A stretch of 62,446 nucleotides of DNA, filler included, from Stramenopiles sp. TOSAG23-6 (lineage: Eukaryota), in assembly GCA_900128565.1 (NCBI GenBank). It is 13 parts of 13 records of this genome, joined end to end, with 100 filler letters (N's around TTAATTAATTAA, not from the genome) between each part and the next. Parts side by side here need not be neighbours in the genome. Positions count along the whole stretch, not along the records: positions 1 to 4,729 come from LT637070.1; positions 4,830 to 9,558 come from LT637071.1; positions 9,659 to 14,380 come from LT637072.1; 10 more parts are not named here. One strand, 5' to 3'. Shown piece after piece: positions 1 to 9,920 of the stretch. Position 1 is the first letter of the stretch. Each line of letters opens with the position of its first letter. Both the position numbers and the translations under genes were made by a program. Below the pieces are notes generated by a model. It worked only from the letters and a program-made list of their open reading frames with translations, had not been told where the DNA came from and made no database searches.

Positions 1-99
1 AAAAAAAATCTAAAAAAATTTGTTAGGTACAAAATTTCGTACGAAAAAAAAAAATTAATTCAATTTTTTTACCGAAAAAAAAAATAAATAAAAACATAC

Positions 100-571
100 A
101 TGGAAATTGTTCATCTTCAGTATCGACAACGGATCCATTTTTGCAATTCATGATATAAAGTGAATCAATATTGTCAGTAGACGATGATCGTACACATATA
201 TTGAAAAAAATATGTCAAATGTAAATATTATTATTGTTAGGTACAAAATTTCCTACAAAAAAAAAAAAAAAATTATAAAAATGTCCAAAAAAAATATAAA
301 ATATAAATTAGAAATTGAAATGATGAAAACGTACATTTGATACGTTGATTGCAATATGGTCCACCCCATCCAGACTCACACAAACATGAACATTGTTTAG
401 CATATCCTATAGGCTTTCCATGAATACCACAATTAATTACACCCGCATCAATTTCATTTTGATTGCCTGTAGAATTATCACCTGCATTTGGTTCTGTACA
501 TATTTTTGGGGAACAAATTTCTGCATCATTTAAAAATTGACCAATATCACATTTAATTGTTGTGGGTATAC
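100..571 (-). CDS. EGF-like cysteine-rich protein, internal exons 571-335 and 195-100 (partial)
   Basis: Hand translation gives CIPTTIKC...NCGIHGKPIGYAKQCSCLCESGWGGPYCNQRIK|CVRSS..., with an EGF CxCxxGWxGxxC motif. The frame is kept across intron 334-196 (GTACGT...AATATAT). Confidence 0.65.
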
Positions 572-673
572 ATGTATTTTGGAAAATATTTCAAAAAAAA
601 AAATCAAAAAAAAATTGTTAGGTACAAAATTTCGTATGAAAAAAAAAATTGAAATTCGAAATTGAAAACGTGC

Positions 674-1365
674 ATTTCCAATTTTTTTTCGAAATCATTT
701 AAACGGTTTTCTACTGAGTGTTGGATTTCATCGCGCGGTACAATTGTATTACGCAGTCTATCTTCGGATTTTTCCAACATACTTACAAAGGTGTTGTACT
801 TTTCATCATCTTTTTTATCCATTGTAAATATTAAATTTTTTTGGTTTTCAAGTAATTTCAGATTAGTTTCAGATAAATCTGTATGCAGTTTTTCGTCACG
901 TTCTTTACTTTCATTTATATTTGCACAATGTTGTCGATGAAGCTCATCAAGGCGAGAGTTAATTCCTCCAATATCGCGTTCAAGTGTTTTTCGTAGTTGT
1001 TGAGTAGAGCACTCTGTGTTTCGTACCTCTTCCTCGCTGTAACACTGAGTTAGCTTCACTGCACGAGCCAAGTTGTTGATACGACAGTCATTTGTTTTTT
1101 GCTCTGCTTCGATCTTTTTCAAAGTTTCCCCAAGATTAATTGTCTGCTTCGCATTCTCATCAGTTTTGATATTAATTTTATTTAAGTCAACGCCCAGTTC
1201 CTTCGAAGCTAATACTGCAGCTTTACTAACCTCTTCGAGTTTGTTTTCCAAAAAAGTTTGATACGAATCTCGATCAACTAACATATTTTTTCCATCACCA
1301 CGAGAACGATTGGTGAGTTTTGAGCGCTGATACTGTTCTACATATGTATTACTTACTGAGCGCAT
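674..1365 (-). CDS. Coiled-coil hypothetical protein, first exon
   Basis: ORF 604..1365 is heptad-rich. It runs into intron sequence at a GCACGTTTT donor (673), so the ORF tail (HVFNFEFQFFFSYEILYLT) is intronic. Confidence 0.6.
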
Positions 1366-1672
1366 GTCTCTATTTGTTACAAGAGAAATGGACGCGAATA
1401 ATAAGCAATAGACTTTTTAGTTTTTTTTTGATATTCTTCGATATTCTTCACTTCGGAGGAAAAAAAAAAAAACAACGTTTGAATTTATCACAAAAATCTC
1501 GTTTGGAATTTTTAGTGACGTCATCAATGATTTCACAAAAATCTCCGACAAACATCATCTCGAGTCAGTCAGCGCGCAGAAAGAGAGAGCAGAGAGACGC
1601 TTTTTTGTACGCTTTTGTTTGTTTGTTGAAATAGGTTAAAAATATAGTACAAAGCCAGTATTGAGTGTACAA

Positions 1673-3124
1673 ATGATGTACGCTTGTTTCTTTTTTGGAA
1701 CTTGTATTTGTACAGCGTTCAAATTAGTTCATGTTAGATACCTTAAAAGAAAGGAACGCTGTCGTTTGCGTTTCTTGAAACGCAAGAACAACCGCAAAAA
1801 CAATAGCGACGTTGTCTTTGTAAAATCACCTGTTGAAGCTCGAATAGCCCGAAGTCTGAGTCAATCCCCAACTTTACGACTTGTCATTGACTGTAGTTAC
1901 TCTGATATTATGCAGCCTACTCCACGTGAAGTGCGGAGTCTTTCGAGACAGATTGAGTATGCCTACGGAGACGTTAGAAGAGTTTCAACACCGTCAAAAC
2001 TTTTCGTGACTTCTAGACCTTTGAAAACCATAGCATCAAGTGTCCAAGACACTACACACTCATCAAAAGTTCGTAGACCTAGAAATAAAGTTCAATTTGG
2101 TGTTGATGCGCCAGGGAAGGATAGTATGAAGTACGATAAAACTGTCTTCGAGAGGACTTCACGTCCCGTTTGGGAATTGTTTCCTGCAAGTTGCAATGAA
2201 GTCGTGTATTTATCACCTGATTCTCCAAATATATTGAAAAAAGTTGATCCCTCAAAAGTGTACATTATTGGTGGTATTGTTGATAGGGAAGTAAAAAAAT
2301 CAGGATCTATGAATCGTGCTGCGTGTTCTGGTTACGAAACGGCACGTTTACCTATTAAGGAATGCATTCAAGGAAATGTTGATGAAGTACTAAACATAAA
2401 CACAGTTGTTCGAATTCTATTATTATGGCGTGAGTGTGGAGGGAATGCAACAAAAGCAATAAAAACAGCTCTGCCAAAAAGAATTATTCGTCGGGGTGGT
2501 ATAGCTCCTATTGAAAAACACAATGGTCAGGAAATTGAAAAACAAAATGAAATTGAAAAACAAAATGAAATTGACTTTTATGGGACAACAAAAAATACAA
2601 AAAATAGTACAAAAAAAATAATAAAACTTTCAAAAAAAGATAAAACAGTAAAGAGGATAAAAGCAACGAATAAAGCTCATCATATTGCTCAAACTACTGG
2701 TAAATTCCCTACGAATGAAGAGGAACTTCTGGCAATGACTTGCATTGATGTCCGAAGGCTTAATATTAAAGGGAAACTCTGCGCTGAAATTCATAAATTG
2801 AAAATTGTACCTCCAAAATTTTTAGATATTCAACTAGCTAGTGATGGCTCTCTTTGGAGAGTAGATATCTCCGTTCACTGTCCTATACCGATTAAATCTC
2901 AAGATTGGAGTCAACATATGTGTGATAAACATATAAAAAATAGTGAAAACGAAATGAAAAAACATAAAAAAAATAATGAAAACGAACTAGTAAAACATAT
3001 AAAAAATAGTGAAAACGAAATGAAGTGGAAGATTATTGCTACTGCTACATGTACAAATCGGAAAATGGCTCATGCAGTAGCTTCTTGGAGAGCTTTGCAG
3101 GTGATTAAAACTATAAAGAATTAA
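1673..3124 (+). CDS. TRMT10: tRNA m1G9/m1A9 methyltransferase (Trm10/SPOUT) with N-terminal hydrophobic segment and C-terminal extension
   Basis: Trm10 motifs LVIDCSY, SLSRQI..AYG, VVYLSPDS, VYIIGGIVDR, TARLPI and VLNINTV. Confidence 0.85.
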   Translation: MMYACFFFGTCICTAFKLVHVRYLKRKERCRLRFLKRKNNRKNNSDVVFVKSPVEARIARSLSQSPTLRLVIDCSYSDIMQPTPREVRSLSRQIEYAYGDVRRVSTPSKLFVTSRPLKTIASSVQDTTHSSKVRRPRNKVQFGVDAPGKDSMKYDKTVFERTSRPVWELFPASCNEVVYLSPDSPNILKKVDPSKVYIIGGIVDREVKKSGSMNRAACSGYETARLPIKECIQGNVDEVLNINTVVRILLLWRECGGNATKAIKTALPKRIIRRGGIAPIEKHNGQEIEKQNEIEKQNEIDFYGTTKNTKNSTKKIIKLSKKDKTVKRIKATNKAHHIAQTTGKFPTNEEELLAMTCIDVRRLNIKGKLCAEIHKLKIVPPKFLDIQLASDGSLWRVDISVHCPIPIKSQDWSQHMCDKHIKNSENEMKKHKKNNENELVKHIKNSENEMKWKIIATATCTNRKMAHAVASWRALQVIKTIKN

Positions 3125-3409
3125 TTTTAATTTTTTCATTTATTTTTTTTCTTTTCGGTTGCCGGGTAACTCTGAAACTCAACTCCGAACTGAACTCGCT
3201 CTCTCATCGACATCTAAAAAGAAGATCTTTTTTTTTCCTCCTCCTCTCTCTGAAAGTCTTTAATTCTTTATTTGTTTTGACTTTTGAAAGATTTGACACA
3301 CATACAATAAAATTCAGCTTTCTGTGTAGAGGTGCATTGCTTTGATAAAGAATATTTAAGCTTTTCTCAATCTGCGAGTGACACGAAACAGAGCTTATTT
3401 CAAAATTTG

Positions 3410-4729
3410 ATGAAAATGAAGTTGTCATCATTTCAAGTTTTCCTGACTATTGCGTTGTTTATATCTGTGAACGCTGAGCCTGAGAAAACGACAGACGTTA
3501 ATTCTGGGTCAAAAGATGAAGAAAACAAGAAACCTTCTGATTCTAGTTCTTCTACTTCGTGTTATTCGCTGTCCGAAACATCGTGTAATCAGAATTCTGC
3601 CTGTAGGTGGAATGCGAAGGGTATGACTCAAGAGGAGAAGAAAGCTTGGGAAGATAAGAACGATAAACGTCGTTTGGAAAAGTGTCCTGAGAAAACGACT
3701 GAAGAAATTATAAAAGAAATCGACCAAATGATGGAGGAAGATTGTGGAAAAGAAATAAAAACATGTCGCGAGGATGTGTCGTGTAAGGACCAGCTTTTTG
3801 CACAAGTGAAAAATTGTACACCTCCAGACTGTTCAAACGGATCTTGCAAACCTCTTATTCTAGCTGTTGTACAATGCTACCAGAAGTTAGCTAGTTCACC
3901 AGCAGGATCGGGAGCTTGTGAACAGGATAAATGTAAAAGCAAGACGTGTAACGTCAGTGATTGTTGGCCTTTTAATGAATTTGATTCAAATTGTGCCAGA
4001 GAAGGAAATATTATTCCTTGCCGAGATTGTGTATCCTCAGGTCAATCGTGTCATAACGTTTCTGCGTGTTCTGACTCAATGATGACTTGTAAAAATATAC
4101 CTTCTACTGAAAATTTAACGCATCCATGTAAAGAACCTGCTTGTGATGCAAATCGAAAAGGCCCCGTTTGTAAACAAAAAGTTTTTGATTTTTGTAAGAA
4201 GGGAAGCGGAACATCATGTACGTTGTCATCATGAATTTTAATTTTTTTTTTCGTACGCAATTTTGTACCTAACGATTTTTTTTACACCAAAAAAAATATA
4301 TATATTTTCTCACAATACATGTTCTCCAACTGGTTGTAATGCATTTATGAGCAAAAATACATTTGACTACAATAATGTTAAATGCCCATTCAAGGATGCA
4401 AGTCAAACATGTGAAAAAAAAGAGTGTCAAGCATACAAACATAATCTATTTGAATCTTTCGGGTCCAAAGAATGCCGAGGTGGTTCAGGATGTATTTATG
4501 ATATGGTACTTCAACTTGCTGATCAGACTCGAAGATCGCGGCGGTATTTAAGACGCCTTGTTGATTCGTCATCTGATCCGTCTATGACGAGTGGTGAGAA
4601 AGAAAGTAAACAAACTGGTGATGGTGATCCGTCTATGACTAGCGAGAAGGAACAACAATCTGATGATAACGGACCCCCCGAATGTATCAAGTCATGCTTC
4701 GTTGGCCTTCAAAAGGAACCTGACTGCGA
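3410..4729 (+). CDS. Secreted cysteine-rich protein (exons 3410-4217 and 4321->4729; truncated by contig end)
   Basis: Signal peptide MKMKLSSFQVFLTIALFISVNA and many Cys. Removing intron 4218-4320 (GTACGT...AATACAT) gives GTS|CSPTGCN in frame. Confidence 0.7.
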
Positions 4730-4829
4730 NNNNNNNNNNNNNNNNNNNNNNNNNNNNNNNNNNNNNNNNNNNNTTAATTAATTAANNNNNNNNNNNNNNN
4801 NNNNNNNNNNNNNNNNNNNNNNNNNNNNN
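4730..4829. other. Artificial contig spacer (N44-TTAATTAATTAA-N44); 12 such spacers in the window
   Basis: Identical 100-nt spacers carrying a six-frame stop motif. The intervening contigs fall steadily in length (4729 to 4694 nt). Confidence 0.97.
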
Positions 4830-5811
4830 TTTTTTTTTCCTTGGTTTTTTTTTTTTTTTTACAAAATTTTTTTTTTTTTTTTTTTTTTTTTGGTTTCGTA
4901 CGAAATTTTGTACCTAACAGAATGTAAAAAAAAAATGAATTTTGTTCTTGACAAAACATGACCTGCTGAAAATGATGAAAATGATGAAAATGATGAAAAT
5001 GATGAAAATGATGAAGAGGCAGAGCAATATAATAACAATAACAATAATAATAATAATAATAATAGATATAATACTGGTATTTCTGAATTTAATGATGATA
5101 ATAATGATAATAACGCTCCAAATTGGATGGCAACAGAGTAGGGTTAGTGTGAATAGAGTAGGGTTAGGGTTAGGTAAAGGGTATGTGGCCATCACAATTT
5201 GTGAAAAATGATATAGGATAATAGATAATATAGTCAATACATTGAATGAAAACAATAAATATAATCAGATTGTTGTCATATTGAATATATACAAACTTAG
5301 TAAACAAATAATTAGATAATTGTTTTTATTGGTTAAACTATAATTGATTTTTTCCCACACATTTGACTCAGTATTGTCTATCTATTACTATATAATAATA
5401 ATTATGGTTATTATATGTTGTCATACGATTTTTTTCTTTACGAAAACCCGAAAACCAAAAAAAAAAAAAAATCAATCGTAAAAAATGCTCTAATTTCTAA
5501 AGTAAGTGGGCTTCTCTGGTACACAGATTTAGATTGAAAGATTGTACTACAAAAGCTAACCCTAGAGGTCATCTACAAAGTTTCATAAAGAAAGTCCACG
5601 CCTAAGATTCTTTCTTTACACATTATCATTTAAAAAAAAATAACTACGAAAATTCGTGTACCAAAATAACAACGACGTCGGTTATTTGCAAATCCATTCC
5701 ATGTAGTAACGGCCGTATCCTTCTCCTTAGTGCATGCATTAGATGACCGTTTTTTTTTCACCATGGGCCAAGTTTACCAAACCATACCGTAAACAACTAA
5801 ATCACATCAAG

Positions 5812-7383
5812 ATGAAAGTTTTCGCCGGCATCATCGTACTTGTTACCTTTGTACATTATTCTGTTCTAGTCGGAGCAGCAATGGCAGCACTGCTTCCGGG
5901 AGAAAATAAAAACTTCAGAAGAGAAGCAGTCAGCGGACAACATGATGCTGCTACACTTATTCAAAGTCAAGCAACAGCTAAACTTGCCGAAATGCAACAA
6001 CAACAAGAAAAAGCAGCTACACTTATTCAAGCTATTGAACGTGGTCGTCAAGCAAGAGCAGAACAAGAAAAACAACGACAAGAAGCAACGGAAGTAACAC
6101 ATACTTATTTCTTGCATGATACTGAACCTGAAGATTTGTTTAAAGATGGAGAAAAAACAATGGAGTGTATTTTCAATGCTCTGTCATGTAAAGAAGAAGG
6201 ATTACACCATACATATGAACCACATTCTATCACAGATTGGGTAAGCCATCAACCGGAAAATACAATCAATGCAGCAGCAGTCATTATTTATATCAAGGCA
6301 CATGGTTTTGAGACGTGTGGTTCACTTCGTTGTAAAGGCGGAAGTTGTGATAAGATGACAGAATTTATTCAGTCGAATACAAAACATACCGATGATTTAA
6401 AAAGGACAAAATCATTGACTGATACTACTGCTAGTGCAATATACGGTGGAAAATATAGCCCACTTCGATTTCTTCGTTCACTTGAGCATCGCTTCACCAA
6501 ACAGACACCAATTTTGGTTGTATCTGGTTCATGTTATGGTAGTCACATTGTTGAAACTCTAAAAGAGAATAAAAAAACATATCCAAACATTGCTATGATT
6601 GGATCTTTTGGTAAGGCAGACGGTACATATATGGCTGGTCTGTTGGCAAAGGTAGCTTTTAGAAAGTCGTCACAACCAATGACAATAAATGGACTTTTGC
6701 ATGCTATTGAGTATTATAATGAACAATCAAAGGGCGATGAAGAGAATGAAATGTTGTACCGTGACAGAACATTTGTGTATGAACAATTGGAGACTGATTC
6801 AGGGAACGTCATCTACTCAGGTGATTATGCTACTTGTGAATTAGATGTAAAGCAAGATCTTCTTTTGATGGCTGTGCAAGATATTAATCAAGGAAATGAT
6901 GATTACGGATTCGGAATATTAAATGGCAATGGCATTAGGGATGATGAAATTGGCAGTATTGTCAACGAGCTAAATCAAAAAGGACATACACCTCTGGTTA
7001 GAGCTGTTCAGGAGAGTAATGTTAATATGGCAGCTATGTTAATTAAAGCAGGTGCAGATCCAAATACGGATGATGAAAAAGGAATTACACCTCTGATAAA
7101 GGCTATTTTAAGAAAAAATGCTGATATGATAGCTACGTTAATTAAATTAGGTGCAGATCCAAATATGGAAAGTAAAGGACTTACACCTCTGAAAAGAGCT
7201 ATTATAGATAATGATGCTGATATGATAGCTACGTTAATTAAATTAGGTGCAGATCCAAATATGGAAAGTGAAGGATTTACACCTCTGAAAAGAGCTATTA
7301 CAGATAATGATGTTGATATGGTAGCTTTGTTAATTAAATTAGGTGCAGATCCAGATAGGGTTAGGGTTTCAAAATATTTATAA
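5812..7383 (+). CDS. Signal/TM + IQ motifs + putative clan-CD-like domain + C-terminal ankyrin repeats
   Basis: Hydrophobic N-terminus, the IQ motif AATLIQAIERGRQAR, and four G.TPL..A.......LIK.GADPN repeats. The middle region contains IIYIKAHG and LVVSGSCYG. Confidence 0.7.
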   Translation: MKVFAGIIVLVTFVHYSVLVGAAMAALLPGENKNFRREAVSGQHDAATLIQSQATAKLAEMQQQQEKAATLIQAIERGRQARAEQEKQRQEATEVTHTYFLHDTEPEDLFKDGEKTMECIFNALSCKEEGLHHTYEPHSITDWVSHQPENTINAAAVIIYIKAHGFETCGSLRCKGGSCDKMTEFIQSNTKHTDDLKRTKSLTDTTASAIYGGKYSPLRFLRSLEHRFTKQTPILVVSGSCYGSHIVETLKENKKTYPNIAMIGSFGKADGTYMAGLLAKVAFRKSSQPMTINGLLHAIEYYNEQSKGDEENEMLYRDRTFVYEQLETDSGNVIYSGDYATCELDVKQDLLLMAVQDINQGNDDYGFGILNGNGIRDDEIGSIVNELNQKGHTPLVRAVQESNVNMAAMLIKAGADPNTDDEKGITPLIKAILRKNADMIATLIKLGADPNMESKGLTPLKRAIIDNDADMIATLIKLGADPNMESEGFTPLKRAITDNDVDMVALLIKLGADPDRVRVSKYL

Positions 7384-7578
7384 AATCATTGGTCTATTGA
7401 ATGGTAGCACAGTGTAGTAGGATGACATTATATTAGTGAGAACTTATATTAAAAAATTCACAAAAAAAAAAATCATATTTCTAAAAAATTTTATAAAAAA
7501 GATTTTTTTTTTAAATTATCCTGTGCATAATATATCACATTAACTTTTTCTTCTACTACATACTAATGTATTTAAGCA

Positions 7579-8245
7579 CTACGTACTATGTAATTCATTC
7601 AATTCATTGGAAATATAATCAAAAGCTTCCTCAACAGTCATTTCTCTATTTTTCATGTTTTTCGTGTTTTTCGTCTTTTTCGTCTTTTTCGTCTTTTTCG
7701 TCTTTTTTGTGTTAGGGTTAGGGTTTAAATCATAAAACACATCTAACCACCAGTGTCTTCCTATCAATGGATGTTTTTGAATATTAATCATATAATTATT
7801 TTCACTTAACCCACAAATAGTATTCCAAACATATACACTGTACAAAAATATTTTGAAAAAAAATTTGGTTAGGTACAAAATTTCGTATGAAAAAATATCT
7901 TGATGAAAAAAATATATTTTGAAAAAAAAAAAATCTTTTTTTTTGTTAGGTATACAATTTCGTACGAAACCAAAAAAAAAAAAAACATACATGATTCGCA
8001 ATACGACATGTTTTGAAATATACAATTTTCATTTGGTGTTTGAAGTTTTGCTCTTTGTAGCAAAGATGCTAATAAAATCCATAAATATTCGCATTCCAAT
8101 TTGTTTGTTGATGTGTTATAATTGTTATTTGTACTATATTTCATATTTGATACTCTTTGCATTGGATGAATAACCAGTTCAATACATGTTTTTGAAAAAA
8201 TATTTCAAAAAAAAAAAAAATTCGTTAGGTACAAAATTTACTATG

Positions 8246-8280
<35 letters not shown>

Positions 8281-8339
8281 AAATTTAAATTTAAATTTAA
8301 AAAATTGAAAAAAAAAAAAAATTTTTTAGGAAAAAAATT

Positions 8340-8377
<38 letters not shown>

Positions 8378-9470
8378 TAAAATGTTAATTTTTTTTTTTT
8401 TTAAATTCATAAAAAATTTCATACAAAATTCATACACAAAAAAAACGTACGATCGGCTACAATTGATATTCCTAAATGTATTGGAACGTCACCAGTGATA
8501 CTGAATTCAACTAATTGTTTGAATGGTTTAATAGCCAATGGATCAAATTGTAACCACGAAAAAAGACAAAAAATATTTCTATTTTTTTGGTATTTTTTTG
8601 TTAGGGTTAGGGTTTTCAAAATTGAATTTTTGTCAGACTTTTTATAATTTTCTCCATTTGTATTTTTCATATATACCTCAATATCATTTGCATACGAATC
8701 TAAATATGTATGAATTGTTTGGATACTAGAATTTTGTTCCGATGTTGTTTGAGATAAAATTGATATTTTGTGAAAAAATATTCAAAAAAAAATCTAAAAA
8801 AAATTGTTAGGTACAAAATTTCCTACAAAAAAATATTTAAAAAAAAAAAATTCTACATTTAAAAAAAAAACCTACATTCATCGCAGTTGTCAAGAAACCA
8901 ATCCAATATTTTCAATATTTTCAATTCTACTTGAATTTCATTTGTAGTCATTTTTGATTGATTTGTGACTTTAGTTGTATAACGATGAATAAATGTATGG
9001 AAAGAAATCATTTCAATATTATGTGATACAAAAATATATTTCAAAAATGTATAATTTTTGTTAGGTATGAAATTTTGTACGAAAAAAAAAAATTCAAAAA
9101 TATTTTAAAAATTTTTAAAATTCCTTCAATATAAAACATACCAAAATTGATACCAATTGGTTTTCATTGATATTTGATTGTTTCATTACTTCTGTTATTT
9201 CAGTGCAAATATTTTCATGTAATTGAGATAAAGATAGTTCCCGGTACTCTTGACTAGAAGAATTCATATTTTGAATAAAATCATTTTTTGATTTTTTTGA
9301 TTTTTTTGACTTTTTTATATTTGTAGGGTTTCTTTTAGGGTTAGGGTTATTTTGAATAGAATTATTTTTTAATTTTTTTATATTTTGATACATTTGATGA
9401 ATATTTTGAATAGATATTCTTTCATACAAGACATCACTGCATTGATCTTGGATGGTTGATACTATACTGT
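7579..9470 (-). CDS. Multi-exon hypothetical protein (3' part)
   Basis: ORF fragments 9115..9555, 8859..9044, 8419..8670, 7869..8162 and 7579..8025 join in frame if family introns are removed at AT acceptors (e.g. IL|NIEM, AD-R-IELVIHP). Confidence 0.5.
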
Positions 9471-9665
9471 GAGTTTTTTTTTTTTTTTTTTTTAAAAACT
9501 TTTTAGGTACGAAATTTCCTAAAAAAAAAAAAAAAAAAAAAATTGTTAGGTACAAAATNNNNNNNNNNNNNNNNNNNNNNNNNNNNNNNNNNNNNNNNNN
9601 NNTTAATTAATTAANNNNNNNNNNNNNNNNNNNNNNNNNNNNNNNNNNNNNNNNNNNNAAAATTT

Positions 9666-9702
<37 letters not shown>

Positions 9703-9920
9703 CATTTCTGGATTTGTTATGTTTCATATTTTTTTACTACACATATATTTCATTTTTGTTTTTTTATCAAAATATACAATTTCAAAATATATTACACTAC
9801 ATAGACATAAATTTATGATTCAAAATATTTTTACAAGACAAAATTATTTTAGAAAAAATAATAATCATTTAATGAAAATTATTGGAATTAAAGAATTTAA
9901 AAAAGTTAATGATACAGTTC

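Noticed and set aside
4730-4829. TTAATTAATTAA palindrome within N runs as a biological motif; gene neighbourhoods across spacers
   Set aside because: It is an artificial six-frame-stop linker between length-sorted contigs, so no synteny can be inferred across it.
4859-5255. Ile/Met/Phe-rich ORFs here and at 39748, 43381, 44395, 50128 etc.
   Set aside because: They are shadow frames of AAT/GAT microsatellites that encode Asn/Asp tracts on the real frame.
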